In this document: positions 47,318-55,865 of the stretch, piece after piece
Layout: each line of letters starts with the position of its first letter
Numbering within the stretch: the stretch's first letter is position 1
Source of the DNA: Leptospira sp.
Lineage (GTDB): Bacteria > Spirochaetota > Leptospiria > Leptospirales > Leptospiraceae
Direction: 5' to 3'
Length of the DNA stretch: 64,000 bases
Assembly (NCBI GenBank): GCA_034439575.1
Contig: JAWXAQ010000016.1
Span: forward strand, 32,001 to 96,000
Made by a program: the position numbers and the translations under genes
The notes under the pieces: model-generated
The model's database searches: none
Told to the model about the DNA's origin: nothing
The model's input: the letters and a program-made list of their open reading frames with translations, nothing else

Positions 47318-47403
47318 TTTCTTGCTAGCTAGTTCGCAAAGGCGATTTAGCTCTGCTTCGCGGGTTCGGCGATAAGGGCACCAACATCAATGTAGGTGAT
47401 AGA

Positions 47404-48879
47404 TTGGCTGGCAACGAACTCGAAATCATAGCAAAACGAAGACATCCAAAACTTGCCAAGAAGCATGCAATTTATGAGCTGATTCTTGATTCGTATAAGG
47501 GTGGTCAGGATTATATTAATAAGAGTTACCTTCCCCAATATCCGAGAGAACGCGAATCAGATTACAAAGCAAGAAAGGCCAGGTCAGTTTATTTTAACGA
47601 TGTCCAACCGATAGCTGACACTATGGCCGGAATGCTTTACGAGACACCTGTTCAAAGAGATAAACTCGAAGGAAAGTATGCTGAGTTTACGTCGAACATT
47701 TCCAAAGGGAAAGGTGTAGATTCGTTCATGCGAACTCTTGCGATCCATAGCCTTTTACGCACCGTTTTTGTTTTGGTGGATTCGCCTTCTTTTGATTCAA
47801 GTCAAGTAGTGACTGAAAAAGATAGGATTGATAAGAAGCTTTCACCTTACGCAGTAATTTATTTTCCAGAACAAATCCGTGATTTTAGTTTAGACGATAA
47901 AGGCGAGTTGCGCTGGATCTTGCTTGACGATTCATACTTAGACAATGAGAACCCTTTATCGGAAGCAGCGAAGAAAACTCAGTATACTCTATGGACTTCC
48001 TCAGAGTTCAAAAAATTTATCATTTCCGATGATGGCAAAGTCTCCGTTCAGGAAGAAGGAACGCATAAAGTAGGAGCCGTTCCAGGATTCCTCTGTTCTT
48101 GGCGAGATCTCGAAGATGATGGCATCGCAGATACTCCATTTGAAGATATTTCCATTCTTGGAAAGAAAATATACGAAACAATTTCTTATATGGATGAGAC
48201 AATTGCTTCAGGAACATTCCAGATATTATTTTATCCAGGTGAACCTCCGAAAGAAGCCTCATCTAAAGGTATCGGAAATCTTTCCATAGTTCCGTTTGAT
48301 CCAGCTAGCTCCAAAGGCCCTTACTTTGATGGACCAGGATTAAGAGAGCTGTTTCCATTCATTCAAGGATTGGAAGTTTATCTAAAGAAAGCACTTTCCA
48401 TAATGGGTCTTGATAAAGACCAAGAGAAATCAAATTCTCAATCTGGTACCGCTAAAAAGTTAGAGTATCGCAAAGCATATGCAATTTTAAATCAGGGTGC
48501 CTCGGTTTTAGAAGAAGCTGAAAAGAAAATATTCAGTCTCTTTGCCAAATGGCAGGGTGATCAAACACCTCCCGAATATAAGGTCTCTTACAATAGAGAC
48601 TTTGATCCAGAATCACTGGATATACAAGTTAAACGCCTAATATCTGTTTATGATACGATTATCATTCCTTCAATCAGGAAGCGAATTACTTTGGAATTGC
48701 TACCCAAACTATTCCCAAATCTTGATGCGAAGGAAATGAAGGCTCTTGAATCTCAAGTGCTTTCTGAAATAGATGTGGGGCAACAGGTCTCTGACTTGTT
48801 AAGTCGCATGGCCACGCGAGACGAGCCAACAAACAACAATACGCCGGCGGGCGACACAACGCAAACAAGCGCAACCTAG
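47404..48879 (+). CDS. Portal protein
   Basis: YLPQYPRERESDYKARK N-terminus, SGTAKKLE motif, position after TerL, 491 aa. Confidence 0.85.
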   Translation: MAGNELEIIAKRRHPKLAKKHAIYELILDSYKGGQDYINKSYLPQYPRERESDYKARKARSVYFNDVQPIADTMAGMLYETPVQRDKLEGKYAEFTSNISKGKGVDSFMRTLAIHSLLRTVFVLVDSPSFDSSQVVTEKDRIDKKLSPYAVIYFPEQIRDFSLDDKGELRWILLDDSYLDNENPLSEAAKKTQYTLWTSSEFKKFIISDDGKVSVQEEGTHKVGAVPGFLCSWRDLEDDGIADTPFEDISILGKKIYETISYMDETIASGTFQILFYPGEPPKEASSKGIGNLSIVPFDPASSKGPYFDGPGLRELFPFIQGLEVYLKKALSIMGLDKDQEKSNSQSGTAKKLEYRKAYAILNQGASVLEEAEKKIFSLFAKWQGDQTPPEYKVSYNRDFDPESLDIQVKRLISVYDTIIIPSIRKRITLELLPKLFPNLDAKEMKALESQVLSEIDVGQQVSDLLSRMATRDEPTNNNTPAGDTTQTSAT

Positions 48880-48897
48880 CGATACAGGGAGAATGAT

Positions 48898-49674
48898 ATG
48901 CCAGAAGTGATTTTAGGTACAGGGAAAGAAGGAGAAGAACTCGTTGAATTGAAAGATCCAAAGAGTGATACGGTTTATAAAATTCCGAAGGAATTAAATG
49001 CCGTTATCGGTGCTCAAATTGCAGGAGTCCGAGTAGGAATTGAAAAAACTGCAAAGGAAGAGTATAGTAAAAAACTAGCAGATCTTACTGCAAAGTTGAC
49101 TGAGAAAGAAATCACTCTTCAAGAATTTCAAACCGAGTTAACTACTCTCCAAAATTCCACTTTACCAGAAGCGGCGAGAAAGGAGAAGGAAGCCGAAAAG
49201 AAAATTAAAGATTTTGAAAAGAAAGTAACAGAATCGGAGACTAAAGCTCAGACAAGTTACAATCTATTCAGATCAACCAAGATCGATAATGATCTAATGG
49301 GTGCTTTTTCCGATCCTACTCTGGAAGTCTATTCCCCTTCGCAAGCTTTAGCATTACTTAAAGCATACGGAAGTGTTGATTTAGTTGAGGCTGATGGCAC
49401 TTTCAAAACAATCGTTAAACTCAAAGTCGGCGAAGAATTATTAGAATTAACTCCAAAGGAAGCTGCGGAAAAATTCATTAACCTTCCCGAGAATGTAAAC
49501 CTTAAGAAAAATTCCCTTAGCTCAGGAGCTGGAAGTGGTAGCGGAACTAAAGTTGGGAATGCTACTGTTTTTTCAAATAAAGACTGGGCGGTAAAAATTT
49601 CTTCTGCGAAGCCTGATGAACGTAAGCAATTACTCATGAAGGCATCTCGCGGTGAAATCGTTGTTAAAGATTAA
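48898..49674 (+). CDS. Capsid scaffolding protein
   Basis: Coiled coil, SGAGSG linker, position between portal and capsid. Confidence 0.7.
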   Translation: MPEVILGTGKEGEELVELKDPKSDTVYKIPKELNAVIGAQIAGVRVGIEKTAKEEYSKKLADLTAKLTEKEITLQEFQTELTTLQNSTLPEAARKEKEAEKKIKDFEKKVTESETKAQTSYNLFRSTKIDNDLMGAFSDPTLEVYSPSQALALLKAYGSVDLVEADGTFKTIVKLKVGEELLELTPKEAAEKFINLPENVNLKKNSLSSGAGSGSGTKVGNATVFSNKDWAVKISSAKPDERKQLLMKASRGEIVVKD

Positions 49675-49697
49675 ATCATTATAAGGAGGATTTGATC

Positions 49698-50834
49698 ATG
49701 TCCAATACACTTACAGACCTAATGAACACTTTGATTTTACCTGCGGCACTTCCGGTGCTTAGGGAAAACTCAAAGATGGCTGCATTGGTTAATCGCGATT
49801 TAGATATCGCTGCCAAGGAAAAAAACGCAACAATCCGAGTTGCCCTTCCGCAAAACATGGGAACTGCGGATGACATGAACACTTCGACTGGTTCAACGTC
49901 AACGGATCTAGAAGATCCTAAAGTTGATGTTGTTTTAGATAAGTGGAAGTATAAGCAATTCCAAATGAATGACAAAGAGATGAGAGAATCTCTTGCTTCT
50001 GGAATTCTTCCTTCCGCAGCTGAAGCGGCAATCAAATCGATTGCAAATCAAATTGATGCAGACTTGCTGGCATTGTATAAGGATGTTCCTTTTCATGCAG
50101 GTACAGCTGGAACCACACTTTCTTCAGCAGATACGATCATCGCTGCAAGAAAACTTTTGCAGGCAAACAATGTTCCTTTGGGCGATCGAAGACTGGTCAT
50201 TGATGTAGAAGCGGAAGCAGCTCTTCTATCCCTTTTCAAAGACTATGACAAAATCGGCGATACGCTCGCGCTGAATGAAGCTTCACTTGGTCGTAGATTT
50301 GGATTGGATATCTATGCAGATCAACTTGTCCCATCTCATACTAAAGGCACAGTTGCGTTAGCTGCTGCTGCAATTAATGGAGCCGTCGCTGCTGGTGCTC
50401 AGTCTGCAATCTTGGCTTCGACTGGTGCGTCAGCAACGATCAAGAAAGGGGACATTTTTACTGTCGCAGATGTAACAGGCCAATATGTTGTGACTGCGGA
50501 TGTGACAGCTTCTGGTGGTGGTGCAGCTACAATCGCGTTCTATCCGCCTGCTCCAGTTGGTGGCTTCCCTGATACGAAAGTCTTAACTTTCAAAGCGTCT
50601 CACCGCTCGAACCTCATTTTCCATAAAGATGCATTCTGTTTGGCGATGAGAACTTTGCAAGATGAGGCATCAGAATCTTCTACTGTATCATCCGCAGTGG
50701 ATCCTGTTTCTGGAATTCCGCTTCGATTAGAGACATGGAGAGATCCGAAACTTTCTACTAGGTTTTGGAGATTCGATGTTCTTTATGGAGTTAAAACTTT
50801 ACGTCCAGAATTAGCTGGAAGGCTTTTAGGTTAA
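49698..50834 (+). CDS. Major capsid protein (P22 coat-like)
   Basis: LVNRD...TIRVALP...NLIFHKDAFCLAMR...RFDVLYGVKTLRPELA; AAGGAGG RBS. Confidence 0.9.
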   Translation: MSNTLTDLMNTLILPAALPVLRENSKMAALVNRDLDIAAKEKNATIRVALPQNMGTADDMNTSTGSTSTDLEDPKVDVVLDKWKYKQFQMNDKEMRESLASGILPSAAEAAIKSIANQIDADLLALYKDVPFHAGTAGTTLSSADTIIAARKLLQANNVPLGDRRLVIDVEAEAALLSLFKDYDKIGDTLALNEASLGRRFGLDIYADQLVPSHTKGTVALAAAAINGAVAAGAQSAILASTGASATIKKGDIFTVADVTGQYVVTADVTASGGGAATIAFYPPAPVGGFPDTKVLTFKASHRSNLIFHKDAFCLAMRTLQDEASESSTVSSAVDPVSGIPLRLETWRDPKLSTRFWRFDVLYGVKTLRPELAGRLLG

Positions 50835-50838
50835 TTCC

Positions 50839-51132
50839 GTGTTTGAAGGAATGATTAAACTCATTAAGACAGAGAATGGCAAGCAAAGCGATTGCTATTG
50901 CCCGCCTGAAAGAGTTGAATACCACTTAACAGAGTTGAGTGGTTATTCACTTCCTGAAGGATCTGTTCTTCCTGAACAAACCAAGCCAGAGGACAAGAAG
51001 GCAAAGAAAGGGAAAGATTCAAAAGGAGCTGACAAGGCTCCTGAAGACTCAATCCCTTCTGGATCCGAGGAATCAGAAACACTTCCTGAAGGATCTGTTC
51101 TTCCTGAACAAACAACAGGAAAGGAAGAATAG
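50839..51132 (+). CDS. Small capsid-associated protein with duplicated motif
   Basis: LPEGSVLPEQT occurs twice in a low-complexity tail. Confidence 0.55.
   Translation: MFEGMIKLIKTENGKQSDCYCPPERVEYHLTELSGYSLPEGSVLPEQTKPEDKKAKKGKDSKGADKAPEDSIPSGSEESETLPEGSVLPEQTTGKEE
50948..51113 (+). repeat. 34-bp exact direct repeat
   Basis: CACTTCCTGAAGGATCTGTTCTTCCTGAACAAAC at 50948-50981 and 51080-51113. Confidence 0.9.
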
Positions 51133-51135
51133 ACC

Positions 51136-51795
51136 TTGATCGGATATGTAGAACTCAGTGAAGCCGATGCATTTCTTGAGTACCAAGTCGGTGCTGAAGA
51201 ATGGAACGACCTAAACCGCTATTCGAAGAAGACAGGTACAATTTCTTCGGATGGCGTAACGGACGTTTTACTCGGTGTCGGAACAACCTTCATTGAAGAT
51301 CTACAGGCAAATGAAGGAATCCTTATTGATGGAGAGGCATTACGTGTCCTTTCCATTGATTCGGATACTCAAGCAAAACTTGAAGTGAAAAAGGAAATCC
51401 CATCAGGAACAGAGTTGGTCGTTCTTACTGAATCAGAAACTAACTCTTTAATTGATCTGGTTCGAAGAAAAAAAGTCGGACTAATGTCTGCTTTTAGAGA
51501 GATCAAAAATAATCCCAAATTTGAAATTCCAGATTCGCCATCTGAAGATGAACTTGAGGCACTCAAGAATGCTCAGTGTGTAAGAGCTTTGGAAATCTTT
51601 ACAGATCCAACTAATCAGACTTCACTTAACCATGCGAGCAATGTGAGTAGCTATAAAGCTGGTGATTTTGCAGTAACATATAAAAAGAATGAGAGATTCA
51701 ATTTTTCAGATTCCGTTTTATTTTATTTAGAACAATTTCGTAAAGGTTTTGAAATCGTTCAGACTTTTAGGTCTGGACCAAAGTGGGCAGAGTAA
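51136..51795 (+). CDS. Head-tail adaptor with inserted beta domain
   Basis: GYVELSEADAFL...LKNAQCVRAL...VSSYKAGDFAVTY. Confidence 0.65.
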   Translation: MIGYVELSEADAFLEYQVGAEEWNDLNRYSKKTGTISSDGVTDVLLGVGTTFIEDLQANEGILIDGEALRVLSIDSDTQAKLEVKKEIPSGTELVVLTESETNSLIDLVRRKKVGLMSAFREIKNNPKFEIPDSPSEDELEALKNAQCVRALEIFTDPTNQTSLNHASNVSSYKAGDFAVTYKKNERFNFSDSVLFYLEQFRKGFEIVQTFRSGPKWAE

Positions 51796-52806
51796 ATGGC
51801 GACAGCGATTCAAGTCTCTGAATTACTCAGAAAAGTTCCTGCAGCACAAAGAATGGAACTCGCACGGCTTCTTCGTAGAACAGTAGATTTATATGATTTT
51901 TCAGATAAAAATTTACTCAGAATAAGAGCCCTTCTTGAAGATATAAAAAATATTCAAGAAACAATACTATTCTCAATCGTTATAAATGCTTATGTAGAGT
52001 CCTTCGATAAGGTAACTAAACCAGGAAAAGCGATTACTCTCCTAAAGACTCCTTCTATCGATTTGGCTGCTGCTAAGCAATTAGCATTCGATACATTAAG
52101 AGATCTGAATCATGGTTTCAAACAAGGCGAAACTTATATTAGATCTATTTTCAAAACTGCAAAACAGGACATCCTTTCGGAGACAAAAATATCCGAGATA
52201 GTTTTGAATGATATTATGTCTGAAGGGACATTTAAAAAAGCAAGCAAGTCTCTCGGTTATGAGATGCAGCTCCTTGGATCAACTAACAATACTACGATTA
52301 GACAACTTTCAGAAAAAGAACTTCGGTCTAGATTTAATTCTTACAAAAAGAAACTAGCTCAATCAAAAGAACTTCCAGCAGGTTTGCGAAAGTATGCGCT
52401 TGGCAAAGCGGAAGAGAAACTCAGAGATGGAAAGTTTGTTACGATCATTGATAAGAATGGAAAACCAAGAACTTATAGTTTAGATTATTACACCGATATG
52501 GTGGCTCAATCAAGATTCGCTGATGCCCAAGTCGAAGGGACCATTGCAGCAGGAGAAAAATTAGGCGCACATTTATTCTTAGTAACGTTTCATAATACTG
52601 AGACACCTAAGTGTCAACAATACGAAGACAAATATCTTTCTTCAGATGAAAAACTTATCGGAAAATATTTTGAAGGTAGGGAGATCCTACGATTAACCGA
52701 AGACTCAAAGCCGATCTATCACGTTAATTGCAAGCATAGGTTACTGGTAGTTCCTATCACAAGTGATGAATATAATTCTATAGTAGGTGAAAGAAATGCT
52801 GCATAG
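51796..52806 (+). CDS. Minor capsid/head morphogenesis protein
   Basis: RTYSLDYYTDMV...H...KCQQYE...PIYHVNCKH. Confidence 0.75.
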   Translation: MATAIQVSELLRKVPAAQRMELARLLRRTVDLYDFSDKNLLRIRALLEDIKNIQETILFSIVINAYVESFDKVTKPGKAITLLKTPSIDLAAAKQLAFDTLRDLNHGFKQGETYIRSIFKTAKQDILSETKISEIVLNDIMSEGTFKKASKSLGYEMQLLGSTNNTTIRQLSEKELRSRFNSYKKKLAQSKELPAGLRKYALGKAEEKLRDGKFVTIIDKNGKPRTYSLDYYTDMVAQSRFADAQVEGTIAAGEKLGAHLFLVTFHNTETPKCQQYEDKYLSSDEKLIGKYFEGREILRLTEDSKPIYHVNCKHRLLVVPITSDEYNSIVGERNAA

Positions 52807-53074
52807 AATTAGAGAAATACTTAACGAAGATGGATCCATTCAGTCTTCCGATAGATCAAAAATTTCATATAACAGAATGCAGACTTCTTCCAAGGTTAAG
52901 CAAAATGGACAAGGGAACCAAGTCTTTGCAAAGTATAAGTTTTTCTTTAGAGCAAAAGTTGACTTAAAAGAAACAGATAAAATTGAATTTTTGGGAAAAA
53001 AATATTCAATCATGGAGTTTTATCCAGTGATGAATGATCGAAACCAAGTTGATCATATCGAGGTTTGGGTATGA
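52787..53074 (+). CDS. Putative head-closure protein
   Basis: 95-aa beta-rich ORF in the neck module. Confidence 0.5.
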   Translation: MKEMLHRIREILNEDGSIQSSDRSKISYNRMQTSSKVKQNGQGNQVFAKYKFFFRAKVDLKETDKIEFLGKKYSIMEFYPVMNDRNQVDHIEVWV

Positions 53075-53595
53075 GCCTAGAGTTTAAAATAAACGATCAA
53101 TTTTTTAAATCTTCTCTGTTGAAATTTGCTACTGCGGAAGAAAAGGTCATTCGTGAATCACTAGAAAAAGTCGGATATCGTATTGTAAAAGATGCGGTTA
53201 CTCTTGCTCCTAAAGCTCCTATTTTAGACGGCTTTCTGACTGGCGCCTTTACGGTAGCTGTTACAGACAGAGACACTATTTATCCAGCCATTAATGGCAA
53301 AGCATACCCAAAAGCTGGTGATACTGGAGAGAATTCGAAGGTCACTCTTAAAGCTGAAGAGATCGGAGAAGTCGATCTCACTGGCATGAAGAAGTTTGAA
53401 TTGAGAGTCGGAAACTCAATGATTTATGCTGCCAGATGGCACGAAAATCCTTTTACTCCAGGTCCATGGTCAGAGCGAAGAGGCAACGTTGGTTATAAGT
53501 TCATATCTATAAAGTTATACGGATACGGTGATCAATATTTGAAATTGCTCGCTGGTTTTATAAAAGATGCCATGAATGGGAGGTTGTTTACATGA
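53071..53595 (+). CDS. HK97 gp10-like tail-completion protein
   Basis: APILDGFLTG...VGNSMIYAARWHE. Confidence 0.65.
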   Translation: MSLEFKINDQFFKSSLLKFATAEEKVIRESLEKVGYRIVKDAVTLAPKAPILDGFLTGAFTVAVTDRDTIYPAINGKAYPKAGDTGENSKVTLKAEEIGEVDLTGMKKFELRVGNSMIYAARWHENPFTPGPWSERRGNVGYKFISIKLYGYGDQYLKLLAGFIKDAMNGRLFT

Positions 53596-54014
53596 TCTTC
53601 CTCCATGAGTATTTTTATTCTCATTTGAAAACTACATTTCAGGAAAACGAAGATATGAATTTCATCATGTATCCCGTGAAAGGGAACGTAGAAAAATTCA
53701 TTATGATCATGCCCATTCAAGGTAAGAGATCAAAGTATTACACTGATTCGGCTATCAATTTATCGATTGTGATTCAAGATACAAATGATCGCAAAGGTTT
53801 AGAAAATGCGATGTTGATTTATGATCTGTATCGTGATCAAACAAACAAAACAATTCCCTTAGATCCAGGATACAAAGCCGAGATCACAGAGGGTCGTTCT
53901 ATTATTGCTAACTTCATTCAGGCGGTGGATCATCCCGTTACGCTTGGTGACCAAGGCAATGGTAGATATCAATATAGTTTGAATTTTTTAATTCAATTAA
54001 AGGAGACGACATGA
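53592..54014 (+). CDS. Putative tail terminator
   Basis: PVTLGDQGNGRYQYSLNF C-terminus; immediately upstream of the tail tube. Confidence 0.6.
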   Translation: MIFLHEYFYSHLKTTFQENEDMNFIMYPVKGNVEKFIMIMPIQGKRSKYYTDSAINLSIVIQDTNDRKGLENAMLIYDLYRDQTNKTIPLDPGYKAEITEGRSIIANFIQAVDHPVTLGDQGNGRYQYSLNFLIQLKETT

Positions 54015-54868
54015 AAATCGTTAAAAGTAAAAACGGGTACACAGTTTACGGACGAGAAGGTGGTTTAATTCGTCCAGCTGTTGTTATCGCAAGGCCAGAA
54101 CAACAAGCTGTTTTGACTGGAACAGTTACAGTTGGAACTGCTGGAACACCCGACGTAAAATCAAAAAACCTCATTGGTTCAGGAACAAATTTCCAAACAG
54201 CTCTTGCGGTAGGCGATTATATCGAATTTGATTTAGCGACACCAGTTGTAGCAATGATCAAAACGATTACGACCGATACAGCAGCAGTGCTAGGTGACCC
54301 AAAGAATCCAGGAGAAGACTTACTTCTATACATTCCACTTGGAACTAGCTATAGGAAATTTACCTCTCTATGGGTAGGAAAAACTGCACCAGCTGGAATC
54401 GAAATCACAGCAGAAGAATCAACTGCTGAAACTAAATCATCTGATGGCGGAGAAAAAGCAGAGAACGCTTATTCATCTGCCGTGAAGCCAATGATTAAGT
54501 TTGAGTTAATGGAAGCATCAATCGAAACATTGAGCGTTCTTTTGCCAGGGATTGTAAATTTTACTCGAGATGTTAACGGTAAAATTGTCGCTTCCTCTTT
54601 TGGCCCAAGAAACGGATACGATTTCAAAAAAAATGCCATTCGAATTGCAGTTATTGAATACGATGGCGATTCAGTTTCCACCTCTGGAGAAGATAGAACT
54701 GACTTTTTTAAAGTAGGTTTTAAAGGAGCTTTTAACCTTAAGAAAAATTCTACAGATCAAACTGGAATTGCATTAGAAGGTTACCTATTTGAAGACGATA
54801 CCAAAATGAAAAATGGTAAAGCACAATTCTGGGCAACTAACGAATCAGAAATGGTTTGGGACGAATAA
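54011..54868 (+). CDS. Major tail tube protein
   Basis: Position, AGGAG RBS, VGKTAPAGIEI...FELMEASIETL beta-rich pattern. Confidence 0.65.
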   Translation: MKIVKSKNGYTVYGREGGLIRPAVVIARPEQQAVLTGTVTVGTAGTPDVKSKNLIGSGTNFQTALAVGDYIEFDLATPVVAMIKTITTDTAAVLGDPKNPGEDLLLYIPLGTSYRKFTSLWVGKTAPAGIEITAEESTAETKSSDGGEKAENAYSSAVKPMIKFELMEASIETLSVLLPGIVNFTRDVNGKIVASSFGPRNGYDFKKNAIRIAVIEYDGDSVSTSGEDRTDFFKVGFKGAFNLKKNSTDQTGIALEGYLFEDDTKMKNGKAQFWATNESEMVWDE

Positions 54869-54876
54869 GGAGAAAA

Positions 54877-55077
54877 ATGATGTCTGAAGAAAACAAAAAT
54901 GTTCCTCAAGAGCAAGTGGTGAAAAAGAAAGTTTCAATTCCTAGTTGGGCAATTCGCAAAATCAGCGAAAAGGAGTATAAAGTTTTTGTGTTGCGTGGGA
55001 ATCAGAAATGTTTCCTCGCAACAGCTGATACCCAATCAAAAGCTGAGACTCTTTATTGGAGTGACAGCAATAAATGA
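54877..55077 (+). CDS. Phage hypothetical protein
   Basis: AAGGAG RBS, 66 aa. Confidence 0.5.
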   Translation: MMSEENKNVPQEQVVKKKVSIPSWAIRKISEKEYKVFVLRGNQKCFLATADTQSKAETLYWSDSNK

Positions 55078-55595
55078 TTTTTCTTGCGAATGCATACGAA
55101 GTAGAAATTTGGGAGGGTGGGAAAAAATCCCACTCTCTTAAAATCAATGATGCAACCTCAACCTTTCGTGCCATAAAATTGGATGAGTTGGAAGATGAAG
55201 TTATTTCCATCGTTGAAAAGATTGCAAAAATTCAACCTCAAGTTTCTGAGATTATTAAGAATAATAGTCAGACATTGATTCAGGATCTTCCTAAAGAAGA
55301 TCAAGATATGTTAGTCGAATTAGAAAGACTTCAGAAAGAGATGAAGAAACTCAATGCAGAATTTATCAGAATTCTGGTACACGAATGGGATAAGAAAATA
55401 GAACTTATCGATTCTGTCGGAAGTAATTCACTAAGATATTTCATTGCAGCGATACGAAGAGCCGCATTTGGGCAAACAGACAATCGTCCAGGTTTGGAAA
55501 AAAAAAAAATCAAGCAAGTGAAATCAAAAACAAAATCTCCTGGAAAGAAATCAAAGAAAAATTCCACAGGTGGGGTTACTCGGAACAAGAAGTAG
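55074..55595 (+). CDS. Tail assembly chaperone (gpG-like)
   Basis: Between tail tube and tape measure; A12 tract near the 3' end. Confidence 0.65.
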   Translation: MIFLANAYEVEIWEGGKKSHSLKINDATSTFRAIKLDELEDEVISIVEKIAKIQPQVSEIIKNNSQTLIQDLPKEDQDMLVELERLQKEMKKLNAEFIRILVHEWDKKIELIDSVGSNSLRYFIAAIRRAAFGQTDNRPGLEKKKIKQVKSKTKSPGKKSKKNSTGGVTRNKK

Positions 55596-55864
55596 ATTCT
55601 TGGAATGAGTTTAGGGTTACTTGGAAATATAACATCAATATGATAACAGAATTAGAATCTAAAATCGAACATTATAGAACTGTTATGCATTTGTGTAATT
55701 CCAAAGAGAATGCAGAAGTATATCAAAAACTCATCGAAGAAACAAAAGAAAATATTTCTAAAATGAGAAGTGAAGATATCGTGATTAAGGTTTCGGAACC
55801 AGTGATAGAATATGTTCCGCCAAACATTGTTGACATCCATAGCATTTTGAGAGGTGCAAAATAA
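55498..55864 (+). CDS. Tail assembly chaperone -1 frameshift extension (gpGT-like)
   Basis: The -1 frame is open from the A12 tract (55498-55509) through the 55640-55864 ORF: NQASEIKNKISWKEIKEKFHRWGYSEQEVDSW... Confidence 0.7.
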
Positions 55865-55865
55865 C

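Noticed and set aside
47324-47403. c-di-GMP riboswitch (GCAAA motif) in the portal leader
   Set aside because: The remaining consensus (GAAA-capped P2 and receptor) cannot be matched; kept only as an unassigned structured leader
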